A stretch of DNA of 64,000 nucleotides from IMG/VR virus record IMGVR_UViG_3300020198_001494, positions 31,202 through 95,201 of that record, one strand, 5' to 3'. The DNA is from a virus. Under the pieces are notes generated by a model. The model saw nothing but the letters and a program-made list of their open reading frames with translations. It was not told where the DNA came from and did no database searches. This document shows positions 27,994 through 38,559 of this stretch, in pieces. How positions within the stretch are numbered: position 1 is the stretch's first letter; each line of letters opens with the position of its first letter. The translations under genes and the position numbers were made by a program.

Positions 27994-28497
27994 TTATATC
28001 GTCAACATGAGGCCGAGCCAAGAATCGGACCCCGCTACTGGCGGTTTAATGACATATCCTACTTGTGCTTGAGTACCAGTTCTTTGCTTCGTTAATAGCC
28101 CATAAGCTGATGAATAAAGTGGATTACCGGCAGCATAAGTTAAGTCATTACCATCAGTATCCTTAGTCTCATAAACATCAACATAGGCTACACCCAAATT
28201 GCAAACAAATGGACCTTTTTCTGATGCTACTGCTGGGGTATTCTCAAAAGGATTACCAGCGGCATTGTTAATGAACAGTCCCATAGGAACAGTCGCATTT
28301 TGAGCATCAGCGGCACCTACTAAAAGGGTACCTTTAAGGGCCGCTACTGTACCGCCTAACACACCTTTTGGTGTTTGGGCATTTAAAGTAGCGTTTGTCA
28401 TTGTCCGGCCTGCCGGATTTGAGTCGAATGTGAAAGCAGCCGCTTCAAGTGAGAACAACGTGTTGCGGTGCCCCACATATAAAATACGTAGAGCCAT
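27994..28497 (-). CDS. Capsid cement/decoration protein
   Basis: 167 aa immediately upstream of the MCP, with a beta-tulip-like pattern (PMGLF...YAAGNPLY...GLLT...VGYV). Confidence 0.7.
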   Translation of the reverse strand: MALRILYVGHRNTLFSLEAAAFTFDSNPAGRTMTNATLNAQTPKGVLGGTVAALKGTLLVGAADAQNATVPMGLFINNAAGNPFENTPAVASEKGPFVCNLGVAYVDVYETKDTDGNDLTYAAGNPLYSSAYGLLTKQRTGTQAQVGYVIKPPVAGSDSWLGLMLTI

Positions 28498-28522
28498 TTA
28501 CTTTTCTCCTCTAATCAGAAGT

Positions 28523-29662
28523 TTAACCAAAAATATGTCTAACATCTGGAGCACTCTCCCACAAACCACTTAAATCTTTCGTTGTAGAATTAGAACGGGG
28601 TCCAGAAGCAATCTTCTTGACACCTTTCTTTTCTACATTACGATTATTTTTACTCGCGGTTCTTAGAGAACTCATTTTGGGTTTTACATCTTCATCTACA
28701 TTTTCCTCTTCGCCTTCGGCTGAAGGAACACCCTCTTTACTTTCATCAGTGAAAAGACCTTCAAGGTCTTCATCACTCATGCTATCTGCTGGACCAGATT
28801 GGACATCCATATCTTGACCATCAAACTCAATTGGAAGCTCATCTTGACCTACAACTTCCTCATCATCACCAAAATCACCCATACCAGCATCTTCAGAAAG
28901 ACCTAAAGTATCGTTGTATGGAGATCCTTCACCACCTTTTGTAGACTCAGCATAAGCAGCCTCTTGTTCGGAGGTATTTTGCTCTTTGACACCTGGGGGT
29001 GGTTCTGCTGTTGTGCCACCAGCGGGGGCTGGTGCAATATCAACTGGAGCGGCATCTGTGGCAGGTACTTCCCCTACAGGAGCAGCATCCTCTACATCTA
29101 CCTCATCTTCTTCCTCAACTTCCCCATCGGACTCATCTTCCTCCACTTCCTCATCAGCATCTTCATCTTCCCAACCGTCTTCATCAGTACCCTCATCTTC
29201 GTCTTCATCTTCATTCATGGCCTTTAAAATACGGCCCTCTTCTTCATACTTTGCAATTCGTGAAATAGTGTCTTCAAGAGATTTAAGTGGAAGATCCATT
29301 AAATCAGTAGCTTGCTTCTCAATAAATAGATCAGTGCCGTCTGGGAATAGCTTCTTAGCGATTCTAATTGACATGGCGCTCTTTTTAGCTAATACTTGAG
29401 CAGTTTTAAGAGCAGCTAGCTTAGCCTGACGGCTTGATGGCATTGGAACATGAAGACTTGGATGACGAATAGTCTGGTCTTCTTTCCAATCGTGTCTCAT
29501 ATCTGGCTGTTCAAAATTAACTACAGCCTCCGGATCCCATGTTAAATACTTCTCCATATCAGGATTATATCTCTGTACATTTAATGACCCAGGATCTGTA
29601 TTTTCATACGTGAGAGCCTTTTTGGAAAGACCCTTATCAGTTAATCTTTTTCTTTTTGACAT
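28523..29662 (-). CDS. Capsid scaffolding protein
   Basis: Very acidic and low-complexity, between protease and capsid genes, with several K/RxA motifs. Confidence 0.65.
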   Translation of the reverse strand: MSKRKRLTDKGLSKKALTYENTDPGSLNVQRYNPDMEKYLTWDPEAVVNFEQPDMRHDWKEDQTIRHPSLHVPMPSSRQAKLAALKTAQVLAKKSAMSIRIAKKLFPDGTDLFIEKQATDLMDLPLKSLEDTISRIAKYEEEGRILKAMNEDEDEDEGTDEDGWEDEDADEEVEEDESDGEVEEEDEVDVEDAAPVGEVPATDAAPVDIAPAPAGGTTAEPPPGVKEQNTSEQEAAYAESTKGGEGSPYNDTLGLSEDAGMGDFGDDEEVVGQDELPIEFDGQDMDVQSGPADSMSDEDLEGLFTDESKEGVPSAEGEEENVDEDVKPKMSSLRTASKNNRNVEKKGVKKIASGPRSNSTTKDLSGLWESAPDVRHIFG

Positions 29663-29685
29663 GATTTTAACTATCTCCCCTTAAA

Positions 29686-30207
29686 TTAACTCTCGTCGTC
29701 CTTATTAAAGACTCTCCGCTCCAACTCATTAGTAACCCTATCGATCTTAGAAGCAATCTTAGGATTAACTTTTTCAGCTTTTCCAGCTAATTCATCTAAT
29801 CTATCTATAATAGAGCTAAACTTTTCTAGTCTATTAACTTCATCTAAAATATCGCTATCGCTCTCACTAAAACTTTCACTATCACTTAAAGAACTAAAAC
29901 TCTCACTATCACTTAAATCACTTAAACTTAGATCACTTAAACTTAGATCGCTAAAATCAAAACTAGTTGACTCACTTTCACTAAGACTTAAACTTTCTGC
30001 CGCTTTCTTAGAACGAACATTACTTGCTCGCGGCATTCCAACGGGCTCTTCAGAAGGGGCCTCACTCTCTTCCTCTTTTGTGCCAGGAAAAGTAACTAAA
30101 AGCTTCGTGTCGCACTTCGGGCAGTTAAATTCAGCTACAGTAGTCCCATCTGCTGCCACTTTGGCGAACCCTTCGTACCATCTATCACGGCTTGCTTTTC
30201 TAGACAT
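29686..30207 (-). CDS. Putative prohead core protein with Ser/Asp/Leu repeats
   Basis: RKAS, KVAA, KKAA and KIAS motifs, CPKC, and an SDLSLSDLSL tract. Confidence 0.5.
   Translation of the reverse strand: MSRKASRDRWYEGFAKVAADGTTVAEFNCPKCDTKLLVTFPGTKEEESEAPSEEPVGMPRASNVRSKKAAESLSLSESESTSFDFSDLSLSDLSLSDLSDSESFSSLSDSESFSESDSDILDEVNRLEKFSSIIDRLDELAGKAEKVNPKIASKIDRVTNELERRVFNKDDES
29866..29950. repeat. Short coding tandem repeats (27-bp and 15-bp periods)
   Basis: ACTAAAACTYTCACTATCACTTAAA twice; ATCACTTAAACTTAG at 29917 and 29932. Confidence 0.8.
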
Positions 30208-30302
30208 AGGTACCTCGAAATGATAAAATATCCGAATACTAAAACTCGGAATAGCGACTAACGAAAAAGAAATTTTTCTAACTTACAAATAATATTAATT
30301 AT

Positions 30303-33300
30303 TTACAAATAATCAAATCTTCTATTTCGCTTTAAATGGCTCTTTATTATTGTTTCTTCCATAATAGCTGGTCCAGGTAATTGTTGTTTATTAAGTTCTT
30401 CTAAATACTGATCCCAGTCAAATTCTTCTTCGTCATCATCTAAAGGCTCAGCGAAAAATATTCCGGACATATTTGACTTATTAGCAGGAGCGGGTTTATA
30501 TGGAGGATCTTCTTCCTCCTCATCTAAAGAACCTAAACCGTCATCTACTTCCCCAGAAAGATCTAAATCTGCAAAAGGATCATCACTACTAACTTCATCG
30601 CCACTTTCTTGTTCTGCATCACTTGGATCTTCTGACTGATCCTCATCTTCCATAAAATAATCTAAACCAGCCTCTTCCTCTGCTGGGTCTTTCTTTTTTT
30701 TATCCTCTTCAGCGAATAATAATCTTCCCCCACCTAAGGAAGCTGTTACTGGCATACCCTTAACTAAAGACTGCACTGAACTGTACCCTGGATTTGCTGC
30801 ATAAGATAAATAAATTGTGTCCTGCTCCTGATTTAGAACATTTCTCAAAACAGCCCCAGGGAAGGCAGGTTGTGCTACCCAGGAAGCTTCAATGAAACGA
30901 ACTGAAGAAGAATCAGACTCATGCCCGCAATTATGAGTAACAATACCATCTATTATATAAGAATGATCCTCTTCTACTTCCAAATTAAATACTTCACCAA
31001 CATATGGTTCAGATTCTATAGAAACAACTTTATGTAAATTATACTTCTCTCCATTATGTTGCCCGCGTGGTTTACTTATCTCTATTTTTCTACAATCGCC
31101 TAGAAAATTACTAAATTGTTTATCGGATAAATCAGAATTTACTGATAAATCATAAACATCTTTTGGAGATAAATAAAGTTGAAAACTTGCTCTCCAATTT
31201 CTATCGTCTTTAACTTCTTCTATATTTCTATTAATGGATCTTAAAGCACTAAGAGTAGTTTTTTTATCGTTAAAAATAACCTGTCCTCTATTCCAAATAT
31301 TTAATCTTGTGGCTATTATCTCAAAATCATGAAATAATTTCTCTGAAGTAGTATAACCCCTAACCCTACCCTGCTCATCTATAGAACCATCACCAGTTAG
31401 CCACCCCTCCAAAAGTTTTCTCTGTATAGAAAGAGGTGATTTAAGTAATTTACTAGAAAGGGATTTTTCCCAGGCTCTTTTTCCAGAACAATGTTTCTTC
31501 ACAAAATACCAAAAGTCTTTAGACTCTACCACCACAGATAATTTTTTTGCTGATGCAATAACTGCTCTAGTACTATTATTAAAATCTTTTATTAAATGAC
31601 CAACATTTTTTTCCATTTCTGAACGTTCATAATGATAAATCTTTACTTTACTATCTTCAAAATCTCTCTCAATTATTTCCTTAATCTTATCAGCAATATC
31701 CATTTCATCATTACCGTTTAAAGTAAAACGTACTTCATAGTTTAATCTAGAGGAATCATCATAATATCCTTCTGCGGCATATAACCCTATAACCCATGCG
31801 GTATCTGCCGTTATTCCGAAGGATCTTCTCGCTGAATCTCTACTTTTTGATATTCTTGGAGCTTGTTTAACTAAAAAATCCCCTACTTTAATATCTTTAG
31901 CTTCTTTAAAAGATAACTCCCCAGTAATTTTATCGTAAACATAATGTGGATGATTGTAAGTAGAGCGTATATTGTTAATGCCACCCTCTATCTTAATGTT
32001 AATTAAATTACCAACAAAATCTTTTCTAAATGTTTTTGTAACTTTTCTCCCAGACCCTTTATGAGTAATTACCATGTCCCCAACATTCACTTCATCGATA
32101 TATTTATATTCACCATCAGCCATAAGAACTTTGTTATCCCAGGGCAGACAGAGTTCTGCTATCATACGAACATTTCCGTATTTATCTTGGAAATATTGTC
32201 CTTTATTAGCTCTAACACAAATACATAAGCCACTTTCATCTGCCGCTAAATTACCACATTTAGTACAGATCGTATAAGCAGCAATACAACCCATAGACAT
32301 TGCATTATAAGATCCAACTCTTATTTTATTAATAAGATCTCTATGTTTTTTATGAGTAGCTACCAAAATATCTGTATACAATGTATCATTATTTACTTCT
32401 CTTAAAACAGCATCTACGATCTTACCCTTAGACAAAGCAGGAACTTGAACATGCTCCACATAATTTTCTGCTCCTATAAATGTTTTATAGGTTTTTTTAA
32501 GGACTCCACGAGTCCAGCTATCACAGTTATGAACTAAAACACCATTAGCTACATAAGTATGATTATCCTCTACCTCTATGTTATAGACTTTATCAGAAAA
32601 AGGTACTTCTTTAATATTTCTAACTGAATGATAAGTAAAATCTTGGTCTGCTAAATAACGTACAAAATTTCTCTTAGTCACTACCTTGAAAGAATAAGTA
32701 GAGTCACGCATAAGATCTTCTAAATATCCTTGTTGTATATTAATTTGATAAGAGTCATTGTCATAAAAAGTCTTACCAGATAACTTTCCAGACGTTCTTA
32801 CTAACTCAGCACCAGTTCCGACATGGAAAAATAATCTAGCATTTATCCCAACTCTTTTTGCTATTTGATAACATTGTTCAATAACTTCTCTATTACTTAA
32901 ACTTACTGAACCTCTTATATCATTTTTTCTAGATTTTGCAGTAAATACTGAACCATCACTTTCTAGTAATCCCATTAAAAGGTAACGTTGAATGTCTACT
33001 GGCCATAAAAGAACTGATGAATGTAACTTTTTTTGCTTAACGTATTGACCAGCATGCTTAATAAACCACTCTGCTGTTTTAGGGGATTTATTAACATTTA
33101 CTATTATGACATTATCATTAATATTATAATATAAAGTACTACCTAATCCAAATTCGTCACTGAGTAATTTCTGGCATAATAAAGCTACATTTTCTTCTTG
33201 TATAGAAAAACTAAATTGTACGGAATATGGGTAATTTTCTTCTGTCTCATTAGGGTATCTTCTGTATAACGGCCTATTTTCAACGTAACCGTCCCCTAAA

Positions 33301-33917
33301 TATAGCCCCAAAAGTCTAGCTTTTCCCGGTGTAACATCAGGATCTTTAATATCACCTTTAATGATAGGTGATCTCAAAACATCCCTCTTTTTTAAAGATG
33401 AAGCCTCTGACCAATTAAATTCTCTTTTACCCTTTTTACCTCTACCTGTTCCATAATTAGTAAATTTATAGGAAGAAAATGGGTGTTCAGGAGTAGCTAA
33501 TACCTTAAGTCCAACCCCTGTTGGACTTATTTCTACTAAGTTTCCACTATAATATCTCTCATATAACCTAGTAACAGGTTTACTGGTGCCGTCATGTGTT
33601 ATAACTAAATCACCTATCTCTATATCTTTTATAAATTTAGTAGTACCATCAGCCATTAATATTCTTGTATCGCCTGGAAAACAGTTACCGTTGATATATT
33701 GCTCTGTACTCTTAGTTATGTAATGATCACACCATGGCTCAGTATCTACACTTGCTATAATTGTACAATGAGAAAATAAATAGTCTCTTGGACTAAACGC
33801 TCTCAAATTAAAAGATGAATTTTGTCCTAAACTAGCAGTTCTTACCCTACTCCAATAACCATGTGGTTTTACATCTGGAGTAGCTACTTGAGCAGATGCA
33901 TAAATCTTAAAGGCCAT
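30303..33917 (-). CDS. Prohead (capsid maturation) protease interrupted by two inteins
   Basis: Spliced exteins (~411 aa) read NGN|CDSW...FIGAENYVEH...GKIVDA...SMGC...CTKCG...EL|CG...FIEASWVAQPAFPGA, carrying the His/Ser/Glu motifs of phage prohead proteases. Confidence 0.85.
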   Translation of the reverse strand: MAFKIYASAQVATPDVKPHGYWSRVRTASLGQNSSFNLRAFSPRDYLFSHCTIIASVDTEPWCDHYITKSTEQYINGNCFPGDTRILMADGTTKFIKDIEIGDLVITHDGTSKPVTRLYERYYSGNLVEISPTGVGLKVLATPEHPFSSYKFTNYGTGRGKKGKREFNWSEASSLKKRDVLRSPIIKGDIKDPDVTPGKARLLGLYLGDGYVENRPLYRRYPNETEENYPYSVQFSFSIQEENVALLCQKLLSDEFGLGSTLYYNINDNVIIVNVNKSPKTAEWFIKHAGQYVKQKKLHSSVLLWPVDIQRYLLMGLLESDGSVFTAKSRKNDIRGSVSLSNREVIEQCYQIAKRVGINARLFFHVGTGAELVRTSGKLSGKTFYDNDSYQINIQQGYLEDLMRDSTYSFKVVTKRNFVRYLADQDFTYHSVRNIKEVPFSDKVYNIEVEDNHTYVANGVLVHNCDSWTRGVLKKTYKTFIGAENYVEHVQVPALSKGKIVDAVLREVNNDTLYTDILVATHKKHRDLINKIRVGSYNAMSMGCIAAYTICTKCGNLAADESGLCICVRANKGQYFQDKYGNVRMIAELCLPWDNKVLMADGEYKYIDEVNVGDMVITHKGSGRKVTKTFRKDFVGNLINIKIEGGINNIRSTYNHPHYVYDKITGELSFKEAKDIKVGDFLVKQAPRISKSRDSARRSFGITADTAWVIGLYAAEGYYDDSSRLNYEVRFTLNGNDEMDIADKIKEIIERDFEDSKVKIYHYERSEMEKNVGHLIKDFNNSTRAVIASAKKLSVVVESKDFWYFVKKHCSGKRAWEKSLSSKLLKSPLSIQRKLLEGWLTGDGSIDEQGRVRGYTTSEKLFHDFEIIATRLNIWNRGQVIFNDKKTTLSALRSINRNIEEVKDDRNWRASFQLYLSPKDVYDLSVNSDLSDKQFSNFLGDCRKIEISKPRGQHNGEKYNLHKVVSIESEPYVGEVFNLEVEEDHSYIIDGIVTHNCGHESDSSSVRFIEASWVAQPAFPGAVLRNVLNQEQDTIYLSYAANPGYSSVQSLVKGMPVTASLGGGRLLFAEEDKKKKDPAEEEAGLDYFMEDEDQSEDPSDAEQESGDEVSSDDPFADLDLSGEVDDGLGSLDEEEEDPPYKPAPANKSNMSGIFFAEPLDDDEEEFDWDQYLEELNKQQLPGPAIMEETIIKSHLKRNRRFDYL
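30930..32150 (-). mobile_element. Intein 2 of prohead protease (407 aa, LAGLIDADG endonuclease)
   Basis: CLPWDNKVLMADG...IGLYAAEG...EGWLTGDG...VFNLEVEEDHSY...THN|C. Confidence 0.92.
32526..33683 (-). mobile_element. Intein 1 of prohead protease (386 aa, LAGLIDADG endonuclease)
   Basis: CFPGDTRILMADG...TPEHPF...LGLYLGDG...GLLESDG...VYNIEVEDNHTY...VHN|C. Confidence 0.92.
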
Positions 33918-33918
33918 T

Positions 33919-34155
33919 TTACTTTATCCTATAAAATATTCTTTTTTGCGATGCCGTTTTACTATTTACATAATCAACAGCTTCTTCAACAGAATATGTT
34001 GGGGAATTATCATCAGATTTTGAGTGTATTACTACATTACCAGTAAATATTGAAGGATTACCAGAAAATACTGGATGAAAAGTATATCCTTTATAGTTAT
34101 AGTCAGCAGGAGTTTTTAATATCCTTTTTATCTCTTTGAATTCTTTCTCACCCAT
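33919..34155 (-). CDS. Hypothetical head-module protein
   Basis: Tightly packed ORF with a KTAS motif near the C-terminus. Confidence 0.5.
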   Translation of the reverse strand: MGEKEFKEIKRILKTPADYNYKGYTFHPVFSGNPSIFTGNVVIHSKSDDNSPTYSVEEAVDYVNSKTASQKRIFYRIK

Positions 34156-34158
34156 ATT

Positions 34159-34569
34159 TTAATCTATACCAGAAAAATCTTGCAGATTTCTAAAAGTAGA
34201 AGATATAGATCTAGCATATGCTATAAAATGTTGTTTTATCTCTTTAGAATCATGTTTTGTTAAATGACTACATAATCCTAAATCTATCTCATTCTTACTA
34301 CTACTAATAATAATTCTATAGTTATCTACACCCTCTGCTTTTAAATTAATATATATCTGATTTTTTGAGTCTTTACCTAAAAGAGGAAAAGAACATAAAT
34401 ATTCTTTAACACCTCTATCTATCTTAGACGGAAGTGGGCTAAACGTATTAGGTTGTATACTTCTTATCGGCTCCAAATAGTAAGGACCGGGTGATCCTTG
34501 ACCATCGTAACTTTCTACAAGGGTAGGCCACTCAGCTTTCTTTACAAAAAACCTTCTAGTACTGCCCAT
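34159..34569 (-). CDS. Hypothetical head-module protein
   Basis: Overlaps its upstream neighbour; KKA at residues 10-12. Confidence 0.5.
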   Translation of the reverse strand: MGSTRRFFVKKAEWPTLVESYDGQGSPGPYYLEPIRSIQPNTFSPLPSKIDRGVKEYLCSFPLLGKDSKNQIYINLKAEGVDNYRIIISSSKNEIDLGLCSHLTKHDSKEIKQHFIAYARSISSTFRNLQDFSGID

Positions 34570-35065
34570 AAAAATTTTCTAATATATAACTAAGATCTTT
34601 TGATAAACTAGCTTTTTTCCCTTGATAAGCAGCAGTTACCACTTCTCTAATAGTGTTATCTGCGATGCTCTGGCCATAGTTACTGGATAACACATCATAT
34701 GTATAAACTTCATTCTTACCTATAGATTTTAAGGCATTTGCATCAGAAAAAATATTAGCTAATTTAGAAAGATGCATCATTGCCATATTCCACACAGTAT
34801 CTGTAGGAATTTTTGCACTAACACTTTTAACTGTAGGCTCAATACCTAAAGAGTCACTAACAGGTATAAGCCACTCAGGATCTTCTCTCACAATGCCGAT
34901 GGGCCATTGAACATCAACTTTCTCAATTGATGGATTAACAGCCAAAACTGTACCTACAAATACAGACGCCGTAGAGCTTGTAATAAGTCTTTGAACTTTC
35001 TGCCCAACCTTAAAATCTCTTGCGGAAGCTCCGAATGGATATAAAGCTATCTTTTTTCTCGCCAT
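34556..35065 (-). CDS. Hypothetical protein with SH3-like barrel
   Basis: FKVGQKV...GTVLAV...VDVQWP...EDPEWL, with KKIA and KKAS motifs. Confidence 0.5.
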   Translation of the reverse strand: MARKKIALYPFGASARDFKVGQKVQRLITSSTASVFVGTVLAVNPSIEKVDVQWPIGIVREDPEWLIPVSDSLGIEPTVKSVSAKIPTDTVWNMAMMHLSKLANIFSDANALKSIGKNEVYTYDVLSSNYGQSIADNTIREVVTAAYQGKKASLSKDLSYILENFYGQY

Positions 35066-35117
35066 TATATAATTACTCCAAGTATCTATTTAAGATTGAT
35101 AATAAAAAACTAGAAAA

Positions 35118-36086
35118 CTAAATCCATTTATATCTTATATCTATTACTGGTTTTTTACTCTCTATCTCATCTACAGCTTTTTCTAATTTATTAACTCTAT
35201 CTGTTAACATTTTATCATAATGAGCAAAAGCTTCGGAGTAATTAGGATTTTTATTATCATCAAATAATAAATCTTCGTCACGCATCTCAAATAAAGCCTC
35301 CTCCCATATATCCTCAAATTGATGCGGTATCAAATTGTCTGGTCTTGCGAATCCTCTTGGATCTGATAATTTTACTATAAATGAAGTTTTTCTATTTTTA
35401 TTTTTCTGACCTATAAATTCATTTACCCACTGTTCTATGGATGGCCTTGAAGATATACTATCGTCAACAACAAATTTTGACCCTTTAAATTTATTTTTAA
35501 TCTCTTTAGATTTTGACAATAACTCTTTCGTACAAGTTATTGTAAACCCGTCTTTAGTTTTTTCCACTTTACCAATAAAAACATAACTAATTACAGTAGA
35601 CAATTTATCTTCGCTATGTTTACCAGCAACAAAATCTATAAACTCATCAAAATTAAAATCTTTATATAAATTTTTTCCTAACTTGGTAACTTCAGTTTTT
35701 ACCAAATTTTTTACACTATCAGCATCTTTTACGAAAAAAATACTATCATTTATCATTACTATTAAACTATTTGATAATTTTTCACTAGATGTTTTATAAT
35801 AAAAGAAATTGTAAGGTGGTGCGTCTGCCTGACCTTGTGGAAATATTCTGGATCTACTATACAATTGTGAAACGTTAGTCTCCTCTAAACCTCTTAATTT
35901 TTGATAATAATAAATAACTGTCTCAATATCAAAAAAAGGAGCGGTTTTCATTATCATAGCTATATTATGAGCATTGTCAATCTCTAATCCATTTGCTAAC
36001 AAGACAGCTTTTACTTGATTAAGTAAAATATGTTCTTTAAGATTAAACTTATCTATATACTGCTCAAATAAAGCTTTCTTTTTCAT
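35118..36086 (-). CDS. Hypothetical head-module protein
   Basis: 322-aa ORF starting MKKKA. Confidence 0.55.
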   Translation of the reverse strand: MKKKALFEQYIDKFNLKEHILLNQVKAVLLANGLEIDNAHNIAMIMKTAPFFDIETVIYYYQKLRGLEETNVSQLYSRSRIFPQGQADAPPYNFFYYKTSSEKLSNSLIVMINDSIFFVKDADSVKNLVKTEVTKLGKNLYKDFNFDEFIDFVAGKHSEDKLSTVISYVFIGKVEKTKDGFTITCTKELLSKSKEIKNKFKGSKFVVDDSISSRPSIEQWVNEFIGQKNKNRKTSFIVKLSDPRGFARPDNLIPHQFEDIWEEALFEMRDEDLLFDDNKNPNYSEAFAHYDKMLTDRVNKLEKAVDEIESKKPVIDIRYKWI

Positions 36087-36341
36087 TTAGTACGACGTAG
36101 GCTCCTTTGGTTCAGTAGGTTCTGCATCTGAGGTACCCTTAGTAAGATCTCTTTTATGTCTACTATCATATCTTTTAGGTTTTTTTATACCTGTTTCATT
36201 ATCTTGCCATTTACCTTTAGAATTAGTTTCCTCTAATTTTGCCATATCGGGATTTTCTCTTGGTCTTCCACGGGTTTTACTTTTATATTTTTTATTTAAA
36301 GATTTAGCAATTTTATTTAATTCTTTTACTATATCTCTCAT
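36087..36341 (-). CDS. Small basic protein with amphipathic leader (putative internal head protein)
   Basis: MRDIVKELNKIAKSL leader; SD AGGAGG. Confidence 0.55.
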   Translation of the reverse strand: MRDIVKELNKIAKSLNKKYKSKTRGRPRENPDMAKLEETNSKGKWQDNETGIKKPKRYDSRHKRDLTKGTSDAEPTEPKEPTSY

Positions 36342-36382
36342 ATATATAAAACCCTCCTAGTAGTAAATTAAATTAAAGACTT

Positions 36383-38152
36383 TTACATGCCTTTTGGTGT
36401 TTCTACGTTAGCGGAGGGCATTTCACCCCCCATTCCTCCTCCTTCACCACCTAGATCACCGCCTAACTCACCACCTAAATCGCCTCCCCCCTCTAAGTCT
36501 CCCAAATCTCCCCCCAGATCTCCTTCCATCCCGCCAAGATCACCACCCATTCCACCACCTAAGCCCCCTAATCCTTCTTCACCACCACCGGCATTTTCTT
36601 TATACTCAAGCCTCAAATATTTAGACAATCTCTCTGCTACATCTGTATTTTCTACAATTTTCTGCCCTACTGATTGATAAACATTTCTAAGAACTTCATT
36701 AAAAGTTGCATCATTAACTGTACCCATATCTTGTTCTAATCTTATACGAATACTTACTGGATCTATATTAAATAAATCAAGAATTGTAGCTATATCTATA
36801 GATCCTTTATTATATAACTGGAATAATGAATCAAACACATCAGCACTATCCCTAAGGGCCAATCTTCTAAATGCTAATTTAGGATATAGCAGTTTCTCCA
36901 CGCCATCATCGTCTTTTTCTATAAAACCATTGGCCTTAGCAACTGGTTTAAATAAAACTTCCTCTACAAAATTCTGCATTATTTCCCTAAAAAGTAAATA
37001 TCTAGTATTTAGAACCTCAAGAGTTATTCTTGTTCCAGAAAAAGTAGACTCCCCTGTTAGTAAATCTGCTGTTATACCTAACCCAGCTAATAATCTGCTA
37101 GAAATTCTCTCATATTCAGCAGTTAGATCTAACAATCTATCATTAGCACCTATCTCCTCCCAATTAAGCTGATAGTTGGTAACAATTGAGTAATCAGGAT
37201 CAATCATTGATGCCTCAATTTGTTCTCTTAATTCTTCGACATCAGCAGCAGAGATATTTTCTGCCCATACAATTCTTTTTGGGGTCATATTTCTACTAGC
37301 AATCATTGTCTGTGCTTGTCTTAATTTTTCTAACTCTAATAAATCTCTAAGAACACGATCTAAAATACTAGTACCTGAATCTTCATAATCTGACATCTTT
37401 CTGGCTAAATGATAAACATGACTTCCAGAATATGGATCTGTATCTAAAGGTATATTATCCCCTCTTTTTATATAATCTACGATATCTTTAGGCATAGATT
37501 TTATAGCATCTAAAGCCGCTCTATCACCAATAGCAGATCTTTGAACTAACTCTCTAGTAGATGTATCTGGCATTAAAGAAATTTCCACAAAATCAGTGAA
37601 TGGGTAATGCTTTACTTCAATAGTATCTGGATCTAATACCGTAATCCTACTCCAAGCTCTAGTTTCTTCATCCCACTCAGAAAATACATAAACGTCTCCA
37701 ATAAGATTGTACTCATGGGCTACTGAAAGTAATTTTTTAAATAAACCAATTTTTTCTACCATTCTTTCAAAGAATCTTAGTATTTTTTTAGCTGTTTCAT
37801 GATCTTTAGCTTCTGGCATAGTCAACATTACTTTAGATAAAGGAATTTCAGAATGAAGATCTATAGCTGGACCAACAATTGGATCATTTCTATAGTAATG
37901 GCGATACCACCTTCTAACCTCCCGCTTAGAGCGAGGAAGTTCTAACATATCTGTTGATAGATATGGGCTTATGAAAGGTGTTGAGTTAGAATCAAGGATA
38001 TCTGTGCCATTTCTATTATTAAATGCGGAATCTAAAGAAGACCCAGTATTAGAACTGCCGCTCTTAGTCCAGGCTACAGTAGCATGATATTTTTTATTGT
38101 TTATAGTACTTGCAGTAACAGTACTAGCGGTATTTTTCTTTGCTCTAGGCAT
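36383..38152 (-). CDS. Portal protein
   Basis: Downstream of TerL. RHYYRNDPIVGPAIDLH...EYNLIGDVYVF...LDPD...GTSIL...; Gly/acidic GGDLGG C-terminal tail. Confidence 0.88.
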   Translation of the reverse strand: MPRAKKNTASTVTASTINNKKYHATVAWTKSGSSNTGSSLDSAFNNRNGTDILDSNSTPFISPYLSTDMLELPRSKREVRRWYRHYYRNDPIVGPAIDLHSEIPLSKVMLTMPEAKDHETAKKILRFFERMVEKIGLFKKLLSVAHEYNLIGDVYVFSEWDEETRAWSRITVLDPDTIEVKHYPFTDFVEISLMPDTSTRELVQRSAIGDRAALDAIKSMPKDIVDYIKRGDNIPLDTDPYSGSHVYHLARKMSDYEDSGTSILDRVLRDLLELEKLRQAQTMIASRNMTPKRIVWAENISAADVEELREQIEASMIDPDYSIVTNYQLNWEEIGANDRLLDLTAEYERISSRLLAGLGITADLLTGESTFSGTRITLEVLNTRYLLFREIMQNFVEEVLFKPVAKANGFIEKDDDGVEKLLYPKLAFRRLALRDSADVFDSLFQLYNKGSIDIATILDLFNIDPVSIRIRLEQDMGTVNDATFNEVLRNVYQSVGQKIVENTDVAERLSKYLRLEYKENAGGGEEGLGGLGGGMGGDLGGMEGDLGGDLGDLEGGGDLGGELGGDLGGEGGGMGGEMPSANVETPKGM

Positions 38153-38157
38153 ATAAT

Positions 38158-38559
38158 TTAAATTTCATCCTCTGGAGTAGAAGGTATTTGTGTCCACTCC
38201 TCTATTCTAGATACATTTCTTTTTACTGGTAATTTTTTAAAAGAAACTCTACTATAGTTACTTCTATTACCAGATTTTTCGTGATCTGCCTCACTATCTA
38301 ATACTTTTGTTCTAAAGTCTTCATGAGACAAATAGGCTTTTCTACCTCTTTTAACAACATCTGATAAGACTCTATGGCAGCCGTTAGAGACTTGAAGTAA
38401 TCTTCTGTACTCTGATAATGATGGACTTCCTACTTTTCTTGATTCTTTATATAAGGCTTCATAAATATTTGAAAGATTATCTAAATCTTTTTTAATTGAC
38501 GACACTAATCTATCGGCCTCAGCGCTCATTTGACACCAATTATCATTGGATAAACTCAC
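38158..38559 (-). CDS. Hypothetical protein between TerL and portal
   Basis: Overlaps the TerL stop; helical. Confidence 0.55.
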   Translation of the reverse strand: MSLSNDNWCQMSAEADRLVSSIKKDLDNLSNIYEALYKESRKVGSPSLSEYRRLLQVSNGCHRVLSDVVKRGRKAYLSHEDFRTKVLDSEADHEKSGNRSNYSRVSFKKLPVKRNVSRIEEWTQIPSTPEDEI

